A stretch of DNA of 64,000 nucleotides, from positions 7,272 to 71,271 of the forward strand of contig JADHWP010000001.1 in NCBI GenBank assembly GCA_016783425.1, given 5' to 3'. The notes below the pieces were generated by a model that saw only the letters and a program-made list of their open reading frames with translations, was not told the DNA's origin and did no database searches. This stretch comes from Candidatus Shapirobacteria bacterium (GTDB taxonomy: Bacteria > Patescibacteriota > Microgenomatia > UBA12405 > BS750m-G30). Position 1 is the stretch's first letter. Each line of letters starts with the position of its first letter. The position numbers and the translations under genes were made by a program. Below are positions 39,645-48,363 of the stretch, one piece after another.

Positions 39645-40079
39645 CTATTTTTGTGACTCTAAAAATTCCTCTATTTTTTGGCAGTATTTAATAATATCAC
39701 CCAATTCGTATTTAATTGCCTGGTAGACTTTTTCTCTGGCTACTGATAGATATTCATGGACTAAAATATTTCTCATTCCGGCCATTTTAGCCAGTTTTTG
39801 AGCTAGTTTTTTATCAATCACTCCTAATTTGTAAAGAATGAGGAATAATTCCTTGTTTTCTCGTTTTGGTTTTTCCATTGCTGCTTGGCTGACAATGTGT
39901 GCGGCAATGTCCAGGCAGGCCTGGATAGCGACTTGCAAACGATATTCAGCGGCATCAGCAATATCAGCGCTGGCAAGAAAACTGGCCTCATTTGTTTTTG
40001 CGGCTGTTTCCTTTAACAGCTGAAGCCGCTTCCTGATTGCCGCAAGACGATCTCTAATACGCGAATGGTCGAGCATCAA
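39645..40079 (-). CDS. HEPN (DUF86/HepT-like) RNase toxin
   Basis: LQVAIQACLDIA, GMRNILVHEY (RxxxxH). Confidence 0.9.
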   Translation of the reverse strand: MMLDHSRIRDRLAAIRKRLQLLKETAAKTNEASFLASADIADAAEYRLQVAIQACLDIAAHIVSQAAMEKPKRENKELFLILYKLGVIDKKLAQKLAKMAGMRNILVHEYLSVAREKVYQAIKYELGDIIKYCQKIEEFLESQK

Positions 40080-40506
40080 TTACTCCTTTTCTAGCTAAAT
40101 TAGCGATTTGCAACTCATATTCCTGGTAAAAGTTTTTCAGGTCAAAATAATTACGAGAGATTTTAAGCTCAAAATCAACTCTTTGGTACGACTCTTTTCC
40201 CAAAAGGAGTTTTCCCTGGCTGATAACCCGAAAAGCAAAGGGCAGTGAAACAGCGTCCAGACTTTGAGTTTCGACTTTCTTTTTAAGCAGTTTAGAGAGT
40301 TGATTGGCTAGTTTGATTTGAGCGAATAAATTTTGATCTAATTTTGATTTTTTCTTATACAGAATTGCCAAATCCAGATCAGAATTTTTTTTGGCTTTAC
40401 CAACAGCAAACGAACCGTAAAGATAAACGGCGATTATTCCCTTTTGTTTTTTAAGAAAATTCTTGATTTGGTCAATTTGCATTTTAGTTAAATTCATTTG
40501 CTTCAT
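40054..40506 (-). CDS. Minimal nucleotidyltransferase (MntA-like) antitoxin
   Basis: VYLYGSFAVG...SDLDLAI. Confidence 0.9.
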   Translation of the reverse strand: MKQMNLTKMQIDQIKNFLKKQKGIIAVYLYGSFAVGKAKKNSDLDLAILYKKKSKLDQNLFAQIKLANQLSKLLKKKVETQSLDAVSLPFAFRVISQGKLLLGKESYQRVDFELKISRNYFDLKNFYQEYELQIANLARKGVIDARPFAY

Positions 40507-40524
40507 TCTAGCATATAGTTTGTC

Positions 40525-40591
40525 TATTTGCCCTGTCAGGATTTTGCAAGAGAGGTGTCAAGAAAAATAAAAAGAGGTGGTTTACACTATA
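40525..40591 (+). promoter_or_regulatory. 67-bp duplicated promoter cassette, copy 2
   Basis: Boxes at 40534/40545/40556, -10 TACACT at 40583. Confidence 0.8.
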
Positions 40592-40598
40592 AGATAAG

Positions 40599-41471
40599 AT
40601 GGCTAGAATAGAAGCAGAAGGCAAAGAAGTTAGGGGTCAAATAGAAGAGCTACTTAGACAAGGGAGAGAATGGTATCCGGTTTTTGGATTGGGCGGAGAG
40701 TTAGGAGAAGCCGTGGTTTTAAGTGGCAGGGGGGACTATTCTCCAATTGATGAGCTAGAAAATGTGACGGAAACTTGTTTAAGTTATGGTCTTTGGGCTG
40801 ATCTTGAAAAGGTAATTATCGGAAAATTGCTCTGCTTGACCAGTCTTGATAATAAAGAAGTTATTCAAGAAGCATTTGAATTAACAGCCAGTCTTTTTTA
40901 TCGGGGGGCTGGTGAAGAAACAGAAGGGAAAATTGAGAAACTTATGTCTTTGAGGGTGATCCTGGAAGATCAATGTGATAAAGAAAAGGTTCTTGATTTA
41001 GCTGGTCTTTTGTCTTCTTATCTTCCCGGAAGAGGGTTTTGGGCCGAGCCCAATTTACTTCAGGCTTACATTGGAAGGAAGCCCGCCTCTATAAATGTGA
41101 AAATAAAAGATGGCAGTCCGGTTAATTTAGAGGCCAGTTTTTGGGTAAAAATGGAAAAGGAAGCGGACAAAGTAAAACCTATTTACACGCTAAGCTACCC
41201 AATTAGCCTTTTTCCTGGTCTTTACACTCCTAGCGATTCAGGAGATTTGATATTATTGGATGAAAGCTTATGCTTGCGGTCTGCAAATGACACGGAGTTG
41301 GAGTTGTTAAGGTTGGCTCGGAATACAGAAGCTAGTTGGGAAGAAAGAGAAAAGCTAGAGTATGAGTATCGACTGCCGCTTCCTCAATTAATTACCAGGG
41401 CTTCAATTGAAAAAATGTTAACAACAGGAGAACCACCTTTTGGCTTAGTGGCTGATTTAATAGACAAATGA
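40599..41471 (+). CDS. Hypothetical acidic ORFan
   Basis: 290-aa ORF starting 10 nt after the -10. Confidence 0.72.
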   Translation: MARIEAEGKEVRGQIEELLRQGREWYPVFGLGGELGEAVVLSGRGDYSPIDELENVTETCLSYGLWADLEKVIIGKLLCLTSLDNKEVIQEAFELTASLFYRGAGEETEGKIEKLMSLRVILEDQCDKEKVLDLAGLLSSYLPGRGFWAEPNLLQAYIGRKPASINVKIKDGSPVNLEASFWVKMEKEADKVKPIYTLSYPISLFPGLYTPSDSGDLILLDESLCLRSANDTELELLRLARNTEASWEEREKLEYEYRLPLPQLITRASIEKMLTTGEPPFGLVADLIDK

Positions 41472-42526
41472 GGGAAGAAAGAGAAGAAAAGCAAATAGGA
41501 GTAATTGTTCCCGAGGAGTTGCGGGAGTCTATGGCCGGGAGGATTGAAGTGAGATTGGGGGAGTTGCGAGAAAAAGACTTGATTCCTTTAGATGGACAAT
41601 TTTTGAAAGAACTATGGCAAAGAACCCTGGATAGAGCCATGTTTTTTTTGGAAGATGGTGTGAGCGAGTATTTTAATGTGTCCCGGCACCCTCACGAAGA
41701 TGGCGGCTATTTTAAAGTAGAAGAAACCGGAAAATTTCGGAAGTTTATAGAGACTGTTACAGATGAAAACGAGCCCATTCCGCCTCAAGTGAAACCATTT
41801 GTGGATGGCCGTTTTAATTTCTGGCCGAGTGGTGTGCGAATAACAGTTTTCCCAAGCCACGATTTATCCCTTGAACTTTTAAAAGGCCATTATGTTTATA
41901 TTGGCGAAATAGGAAGCAAGCCGATTGCTCAATGTAGGGGCGATTATTTCGCAAGAGAAATTGGAATTACCGGCGGAGAAGCTCCAGTTAACCCTTTTGA
42001 ATTATTGGCTATTAATGATACCTGTCCGGCAAGTTTATTGGTTGCCAGAGTGGAACAATTATCAGGCCCTACTCAGATTTATTTTCTGGTTGAAGACGAG
42101 AGAGATAATAATAAGGTGTATAAAAGGAAAGCCGGGATTTATTTTCTTGGCCCAGACGGAAATTGGCACCTATACGGTTTAGCGGCAACGGTAACTGACT
42201 ATTATCCTCCCCCGGGACGGGCAAACGCTAGAGGAGATCATGGAAATGACTATTATAATACAGCCGCAATTGTTAGCGCCCACCAAGAAAGAAGCCCGCT
42301 GAATCCACCATTAAACGAAGGAAGCCTTGCTTTTGCCCGCTTTGAACAAATTGGTGGACGAGCAGATTGCACTGTTGAGGGGGATCAATTAGTAATTAAG
42401 CAATGGGCTCCTTGGGGGGGAGGTCGTAAAGAAAAAGTAAAAATCGTTCATAGTTTGCCGCTGGTTATTAAGGCAGATGATGTATTAAAATACTTCACCG
42501 CTTTAAAGCCCATAAATAGCATTTAA
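41468..42526 (+). CDS. Hypothetical ORFan
   Basis: 352-aa ORF, ATGA-coupled to the upstream gene. Confidence 0.72.
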   Translation: MREEREEKQIGVIVPEELRESMAGRIEVRLGELREKDLIPLDGQFLKELWQRTLDRAMFFLEDGVSEYFNVSRHPHEDGGYFKVEETGKFRKFIETVTDENEPIPPQVKPFVDGRFNFWPSGVRITVFPSHDLSLELLKGHYVYIGEIGSKPIAQCRGDYFAREIGITGGEAPVNPFELLAINDTCPASLLVARVEQLSGPTQIYFLVEDERDNNKVYKRKAGIYFLGPDGNWHLYGLAATVTDYYPPPGRANARGDHGNDYYNTAAIVSAHQERSPLNPPLNEGSLAFARFEQIGGRADCTVEGDQLVIKQWAPWGGGRKEKVKIVHSLPLVIKADDVLKYFTALKPINSI

Positions 42527-42769
42527 TCGTAAAACTTCTTATTTCGTATAAATTATCAAAACATCTTCGGGGTGACGGGGCTAGGAGCTTATTACATTTT
42601 GCGACGTAAAAGTGGTGATTAGACTCCAAATTTAAGTTCTTTCCTATAGATCAGTGGTTTTTTACTCCTGATTAGTTTTGATACATTTATTGGTACTTGA
42701 CAGTTTTTCGGCAATGCCTTTAACTAAGAGACTCCTAAACTGCCCGCTGGAGATAATTTCACTTAACTA

Positions 42770-44644
42770 ATGAGCAAGAAAAAAATTGATCCGACTGATT
42801 TTATTGAAATTGGCCGGCTTAACGGTGGCGGCCGCAAGCTTATCGTGGATTTGGATGAAATTGGGGAAATTATTGTTTCCAAAGGGAGCAAGGACGATGC
42901 CAATAAAATCAATACCCCCGAGGGTACTTCTTTTTCCTTGTCCGAATATTTAAAAAAAGAGTACGCTTTACACAAGGTTTTTTCAAAAGATGTAGCCGAA
43001 GCTCATCGCAAGGGAGACATTAAACTGCAAAAACTCCAGTTTATTGACCGACCCTATTGTTCCGGTCAGGGGTTGGAGTATATTAAAAAATTTGGCTTAA
43101 CTAAGTACGCTTCTTTTGCGGCGGTCAAGCCGGCCGGCCACATTGACGCTTTAATTGACCACATGATGCGCATGACCATGGCCTTAAGGGCCCATTTTGG
43201 CGGGGCGGTTGGCTGGGATGCGCTTAATATGTATATGGCCCCTTATCTTGGCGGCATGGGGGATCGGGAGATAAGACAAATTGCCCAAAGAATTATTTAC
43301 CAGTTCAACCAAACCGTTGGCCCGCACGGCGGCCAGCCGGTTTTTTCGGATATTAATCTTTATTGGGAGATTCCCGATCATTTTGCCAGGGTGCCGGCGA
43401 TTGGGCCAAGGGGGGAGTTTACCGGCCGAATGTACAAAGATTATGAAAAAGAAGCCCAGGCTTTAGTTTGGCAGCTTTTGAATATTTATAAAAGAGGAGA
43501 CGCTAAAGGCAAGCCTTTTTTCTGGCCCAAACCCAATGTTCATATCACTACCAGGTTTTGGCAAACTCCGGGACACGAGGAATTCTTAGAGCATGTTTGC
43601 GGCGTGGCCGCTAAAATGGGCAATCCCTATTTTATTTTTGACCGCGGTTCAGTGGCTAAAATTTCCGAATGCTGCCGCTTGCAGTTTGAGCTGTCGAAAG
43701 ACGATTTAAAAGAAGCCAAAGAGCCCTGGAAAATGCGCTACGCCGCTTGTCCTTATCTACCCGTAAACTTGCCCCGGGTAGCTTACGAGGCTAATCATGA
43801 TGAAAAAAAGTTTTTCCAAATTTTAGGCGCGCGCCTGGAGCTTTTGACCAAGGCTCATCTTCAAAAAAGCCGATTTTTAAAAAAGCTTTTGGAAATGGGG
43901 CCAACCGGGCCCTTGGGCATGCTGACCTTAACAAGCAACGGGGACAAAGAGCCGTATTTACGATTTGACAAAATGCCCTATATGAATGCGGTTGGCGGGC
44001 TTTCCGATGCGGTTAAGTTTCATCTTGGCAAGGCCCTGCATGAATCAGACGAGGCCTTGAAATTCGGTTTAAGAGTAACTGCTTTTATGAAGAAGAAAAC
44101 AGAAGAAGAAGGTAAAAAGGCGGGTTTAAAAATTCTTCTTGACCAGTCTCCGGCGGAATCAACCATGTATCGGTTTGCCAAAATGGATTTGGCCCAGTTT
44201 CCCAAACAAGCCAGGCAAATTGTTCATGGTGATCTTAAAAGCGGGCAAGTGTATTACACTAACTCTTCTCAAATTGATGTGGATGCATCTTTGGATGTTT
44301 TTGAACGGATTGAACTGGAGGGCCGATTTCATCCTTTAATGCAAGGCGGGGCCTTAACCCATATTTGGCTGGGCGAAAACTTGCCTTCGGCTAAATCTTT
44401 GGCCAGTTTAGTTAAAAAAGTCTTTTTTAAAACCCAGAATACTCAAGTCGCTTTTTCTCCGGAATTTACTTTGTGTTCTGATTGCGAGCAGACCAGCCGG
44501 GGCAAAAGAGAGAGTTGTCCTTTTTGCGGTAGCAAAAAAGTGGACTGGGTCACCCGGATTACCGGCTATTATACTTTTGTGAAGCAGTGGAATAAGGGTA
44601 AACTAGGGGAGTTAAAGGATCGGAAGAAAAACAGGATTAAATAA
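42770..44644 (+). CDS. nrdD: Anaerobic (class III) ribonucleoside-triphosphate reductase, copy 1, no ATP cone
   Basis: DRPYC, SECCRL, NLPRVA, SPAES, YYTNS, CxxC...CxxC, RITGY glycyl-radical loop. Confidence 0.92.
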   Translation: MSKKKIDPTDFIEIGRLNGGGRKLIVDLDEIGEIIVSKGSKDDANKINTPEGTSFSLSEYLKKEYALHKVFSKDVAEAHRKGDIKLQKLQFIDRPYCSGQGLEYIKKFGLTKYASFAAVKPAGHIDALIDHMMRMTMALRAHFGGAVGWDALNMYMAPYLGGMGDREIRQIAQRIIYQFNQTVGPHGGQPVFSDINLYWEIPDHFARVPAIGPRGEFTGRMYKDYEKEAQALVWQLLNIYKRGDAKGKPFFWPKPNVHITTRFWQTPGHEEFLEHVCGVAAKMGNPYFIFDRGSVAKISECCRLQFELSKDDLKEAKEPWKMRYAACPYLPVNLPRVAYEANHDEKKFFQILGARLELLTKAHLQKSRFLKKLLEMGPTGPLGMLTLTSNGDKEPYLRFDKMPYMNAVGGLSDAVKFHLGKALHESDEALKFGLRVTAFMKKKTEEEGKKAGLKILLDQSPAESTMYRFAKMDLAQFPKQARQIVHGDLKSGQVYYTNSSQIDVDASLDVFERIELEGRFHPLMQGGALTHIWLGENLPSAKSLASLVKKVFFKTQNTQVAFSPEFTLCSDCEQTSRGKRESCPFCGSKKVDWVTRITGYYTFVKQWNKGKLGELKDRKKNRIK

Positions 44645-46809
44645 TGCCCAGCGAAATCAGCAAATACAATAATGGCAATGGCAATGGTAATGGCTTAACG
44701 ACCAAGCAGGCCAAATACCTAGAGGGCGCCAAAAAACATGGGGCAACGGATACAATGTTCTTTGTTTCTACTTCAGACGAGGCTTTAAAAGAGTGGGATG
44801 TAACCCAAATTGCCAAGCGCTTGATTATTGAAACGGGTATGGGAGAAAAGTTGGCAATGAGGATTGCCAAGGTGGTAGAGGAGAAGATTTTGGCGGCCAA
44901 GCTAAAACATGTTTCTACTAACCTTATTCGGGAATTAACCAATGCCGAGCTTCTTTTCCGGGGATTGGAAAAATATTATGACAAGCATGTGCGCTTAGGA
45001 GTGCCCATTTATGATGTTCACCAGATGCTCACCGAACAAAACAGAATTAATGCCAATGTGCCTCATAATACCGAAGCCACTAATTTGGCTTTAGCCCGGA
45101 ATATTAAAAAAGAGTATGCCTTGCGCCGGGTTTTTTCTAAAGACGTCGCTCAAGCTCATGCCAAGGGTGATCTTCACCTTCACGATTTGGATTTTGTGGA
45201 TCGGCCCTATTGTTGTGGGCAGTCAATTGAGTATGTAAAGAAATATGGCCTGGATATTGCCTCCAGTTTGGCGGTAGCCAAGCCAGCCAAATATGCCACT
45301 ACTTTGGTATTGCAGATAATTAAATTGGCTTCGATGCTCCAGGTTCATTTTGCGGGGGCGATTGGCTTTGATGCCGTTAATCTTTTTCTGGCTCCTTATT
45401 TAACTGGTTTTGGCAAAAAAGAATTAAAGCAATTGGCTCAAACTCTTCTTTTTGAATTTAATATGCAAAATATAGCCCGGGGCGGACAGGCGATTTTTTC
45501 GGACATTAATCTTTATTGGGAAGTGCCTGATCATTTTGCCGATACCCCGGCAATTGGGCCGGGGGGTAAATATACGGGTAAAAAATATCAGGATTATCAA
45601 AAAGAATCGCAAGAATTTGTTAAAGCCATTTTTGAGGTGTATTTAGAGGGAGACGGAGCGGGACGGCCTTTTTTCTGGCCTAAGCCTAATTTACATATCA
45701 CCGAGAAATTTTGGCAAACTCCGGGTCATCAAGGGTTTTTGCATCTGGCTTCTAAAGTAGCGGCCATTCGGGGCAATACTTATTTTGTTTTAGACCGGGG
45801 AGGCACAGCCCGAATCTCCGAATGCTGCCGACTGGCCTTTAATCTTAAAAAATCCGACCTTGAAGATGCTAAAAAGCCCTGGAAAATGCGTTACAGCGCG
45901 ATGCAGAATGTTTCTTTGAATTTGCCCCGTATGGCTTACAAAGCCAAGGGAAGGACTGATAAGTTATTTGAGGAAATTGAGCGGGGGATGGAGCTGTTGG
46001 CCAAGGCTCACCAACAAAAGAGGCGGTTTATCAAAAGACTTTTAGATATGGGCCTGCAAGGGCCCTTGGCCGCGCTGACTACCCGCCAGCTGGATGATAA
46101 TGAATCTTACTACCGCTTTGATAAGGCCAAGTTTTTAGTTGGTGTTTTTGGGGTTAACGAAACGGTTGAGTATTGCCTGGGAAAGCAGATGCACGAAAGC
46201 GATCAAGCGCTTAAACTGGGCCTAAAGATTGTTTCCCAAATGAAGAAAAAAGCGGAAATTTTAAGTAAGCGGGATAAAATGGAGTATGTTTTGGAGCAAA
46301 CTCCAGCGGAAGGGTTAACTTACCGTTTTGCTAAATTAGATAAGCGCTTTTATCCCAAAGAGGCCAAAAAAGTGATTAAGGGTAATTGGGAGGAAGATTA
46401 TATTTACTACACCAATTCCACCCAGCTTAATGTGTCCGAACCTATTGACCCTATTGAAAGAGTAACTAAAGAAGGTCTTTTTCATCCTCTAATTGACGCT
46501 GGAGCAATCAGCCATATTTGGCTCGGGGAGCAAAATCCGGATCCAAAGGCGATTGCCAGTTTTGTGAAAAAAACCTTTGATCACACCCAAAACGGCTTAA
46601 TTGCTTTTTCCCCCGAGTTTACGATTTGTGATTCTTGTATGGCAACCAGCCGGGGACTAAAAGATAACTGCCCCAAATGCGGTTCTGAAGAGGTAGACGG
46701 AGTTACTCGAGTGACTGGTTTTTATTCTCGCGTTAGCCGTTGGAATAAAGGAAAAATAGGCGAGCTAAAAGATCGGTATCGAAACGCGGGAAAGTTTCGT
46801 GATTCGTAA
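44644..46809 (+). CDS. nrdD: Anaerobic (class III) ribonucleoside-triphosphate reductase, copy 2, with ATP cone
   Basis: ATP-cone-like WDVTQIAKRL...STNLIRELTNAEL; HLHDLD, DRPYCC, SECCRL, TPAEG, RVTGF. Confidence 0.95.
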   Translation: MPSEISKYNNGNGNGNGLTTKQAKYLEGAKKHGATDTMFFVSTSDEALKEWDVTQIAKRLIIETGMGEKLAMRIAKVVEEKILAAKLKHVSTNLIRELTNAELLFRGLEKYYDKHVRLGVPIYDVHQMLTEQNRINANVPHNTEATNLALARNIKKEYALRRVFSKDVAQAHAKGDLHLHDLDFVDRPYCCGQSIEYVKKYGLDIASSLAVAKPAKYATTLVLQIIKLASMLQVHFAGAIGFDAVNLFLAPYLTGFGKKELKQLAQTLLFEFNMQNIARGGQAIFSDINLYWEVPDHFADTPAIGPGGKYTGKKYQDYQKESQEFVKAIFEVYLEGDGAGRPFFWPKPNLHITEKFWQTPGHQGFLHLASKVAAIRGNTYFVLDRGGTARISECCRLAFNLKKSDLEDAKKPWKMRYSAMQNVSLNLPRMAYKAKGRTDKLFEEIERGMELLAKAHQQKRRFIKRLLDMGLQGPLAALTTRQLDDNESYYRFDKAKFLVGVFGVNETVEYCLGKQMHESDQALKLGLKIVSQMKKKAEILSKRDKMEYVLEQTPAEGLTYRFAKLDKRFYPKEAKKVIKGNWEEDYIYYTNSTQLNVSEPIDPIERVTKEGLFHPLIDAGAISHIWLGEQNPDPKAIASFVKKTFDHTQNGLIAFSPEFTICDSCMATSRGLKDNCPKCGSEEVDGVTRVTGFYSRVSRWNKGKIGELKDRYRNAGKFRDS

Positions 46810-46852
46810 TTCGTTATTGGTTAATCGTAATTCGTTATTGGTTAATTGTGAT
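46797..46852. repeat. 7-nt-period array (TCGTWAT-like), left arm
   Basis: tcgtgat tcgtaat tcgttat tggttaa tcgtaat tcgttat tggttaa ttgtgat. Confidence 0.85.
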
Positions 46853-46858
46853 TTATTG

Positions 46859-47236
46859 ATGAGAGACAAAATTAATAATTTTAGCGATTTAGATGCTTGG
46901 AAAATAAATCACAGGCTAGTTTTGGATGTTTACAAAACTACTAAAGATTTTCCAAAAGATGAGCGCTATGGCATTATTAATCAGTTAAGACGGGCGGCAA
47001 GTTCGATTACAGCCAATGTTGCCGAAGGTTGGGGGAGGTATCATTACGCTGATCGAATAAGGTTTTATTATAATGCTCGCGGATCTAGTTGTGAGGTTCA
47101 AAATTTCCTTGTTTTAAGTAGAGACTTGGGGTATTTAAGTTCAATAGATTATCAAAAATTGTACCTGCTGGCGACAAAAGGTCTTAAGATTATTAATGGT
47201 TTAATTCGATCTGTGGAAAAACTTAAAATTAAATAA
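46859..47236 (+). CDS. Four-helix-bundle protein (23S rRNA IVS protein / Avd-like family)
   Basis: FSDLDAWK, FPKDERYGIINQLRRAASSITANVAEG, ARGSSCEV; start ATG 46859. Confidence 0.92.
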   Translation: MRDKINNFSDLDAWKINHRLVLDVYKTTKDFPKDERYGIINQLRRAASSITANVAEGWGRYHYADRIRFYYNARGSSCEVQNFLVLSRDLGYLSSIDYQKLYLLATKGLKIINGLIRSVEKLKIK

Positions 47237-47250
47237 ATTGCGGTTAATGT

Positions 47251-47298
47251 TTGACGAGTAGCGTTTAGCGAATAACGTTTAACGATTAGCGAATAACG
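47251..47298. repeat. 7-nt-period array, right arm (inverted relative to left)
   Basis: acgagta gcgttta gcgaata acgttta acgatta gcgaata acg. Confidence 0.85.
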
Positions 47299-47308
47299 GA
47301 ATAAGAAA

Positions 47309-47596
47309 ATGACTCTAAAACTGTTTACTAAAAAAAATTGTCCCAAATGCCCTGCGGCTAAGGCGCTCATTTGCGAGCTTAAAGCTCAAAAGTTAAAACT
47401 CAATCCGCCAGCTGGCGGAGAAAAATTAAAAGTTGAAAATTACAATGTTGAAGACATTGACGGTATGGCCGAGGCCGCTTTTTATCAGGTAATGGCTACT
47501 CCTACTATTTTAATCTGTGATGATAGGGGTAAGGAGTTGAGAGGTTGGCGGGGGGAAGTTCCATCCCGGAAAGAAATTTTAGCCAAAGTCAAGTGA
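47309..47596 (+). CDS. Thioredoxin/glutaredoxin-like (NrdH-like) redoxin
   Basis: CPKC and ATPT cis-Pro motif; in the nrdD operon; carries an internal repeat-derived insertion. Confidence 0.88.
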   Translation: MTLKLFTKKNCPKCPAAKALICELKAQKLKLNPPAGGEKLKVENYNVEDIDGMAEAAFYQVMATPTILICDDRGKELRGWRGEVPSRKEILAKVK

Positions 47597-48357
47597 AAAT
47601 TGGCGGGTACCTTCCCACTTCTTTAATCGAATGGCCGGGCAAACTTTCGGCCATTATTTGGACAATAGGGTGTAATTTCCGCTGTCCTTTTTGCCATAAT
47701 AAAGACCTAGTTAAAATTTCAAAACTCAAAAACCAATTTCCAGACAAATATCAAGTTTTAAATTCCAAATTACAAGTGTTTAAACAAAAAGAGATCTTAA
47801 CAGATTTAAAAAAAAGGAAAGATTGGATTGATGGACTAGTAATTTCCGGTGGCGAGCCAACCATTCAGTCCAATTTAGTTGATTTTTGCGTCCGGGTTAA
47901 AAAAATTGGCTTAGAAATTATGCTGGAAACCAATGGCAGTCAGCCAGAGATGATCAAAAAGCTGATCAAAAATAACCTGGTTGATTTTTGGGCGATGGAT
48001 TTTAAGACAGTTTGGGAAAACTATTTTCAAGTAACTGGTTTTAAAAAAATAGCCGAGATTAAAAAGTCAATTAATTTAATTCTAGCTTTCGGTAAGCCCC
48101 TGGAATTGCGAACGACAATTGTTCCCGGGATTCATGACGAAAAAATACTGCTGGCCATGGCCAGGGAGCTAAGGGAGTCATTTAAATCACGATTAACGAA
48201 TAACGATTTGCGATTTGCGAAGCCAAAATGGAAATGGCAAAACTTCCAGCCCAAAAACACCCTTGATCCGGCCTTTGAAAAAATCAAACCGTATTCAGAA
48301 GGGCAGATAAAAAAACTAAAGAATTTAGTTTTTGATATTTTTCCTGTGGTAGAATAA
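47593..48357 (+). CDS. nrdG: Anaerobic RNR activating radical-SAM enzyme
   Basis: GCNFRCPFCHN, ISGGEPT, ETNGS, ELRTT; GTG start at 47593. Confidence 0.93.
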   Translation: MKIGGYLPTSLIEWPGKLSAIIWTIGCNFRCPFCHNKDLVKISKLKNQFPDKYQVLNSKLQVFKQKEILTDLKKRKDWIDGLVISGGEPTIQSNLVDFCVRVKKIGLEIMLETNGSQPEMIKKLIKNNLVDFWAMDFKTVWENYFQVTGFKKIAEIKKSINLILAFGKPLELRTTIVPGIHDEKILLAMARELRESFKSRLTNNDLRFAKPKWKWQNFQPKNTLDPAFEKIKPYSEGQIKKLKNLVFDIFPVVE

Positions 48358-48363
48358 ACTTCA

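Noticed and set aside
36565-40591. Three spaced direct repeats as a CRISPR array or integron attC sites
   Set aside because: Spacing is ~2 kb, the repeats are not palindromic, and there are no cas or intI genes or RYYYAAC/GTTRRRY ends; the geometry fits promoters.
46799-46858. N-terminal RNSLLVNRNSLLVN repeat of the four-helix protein
   Set aside because: It is read-through of the DNA heptad array; ATG 46859 fits the family start.
46859-47236. Diversity-generating retroelement (Avd-like protein)
   Set aside because: No reverse transcriptase and no TR/VR pair differing at adenines were seen in the window.
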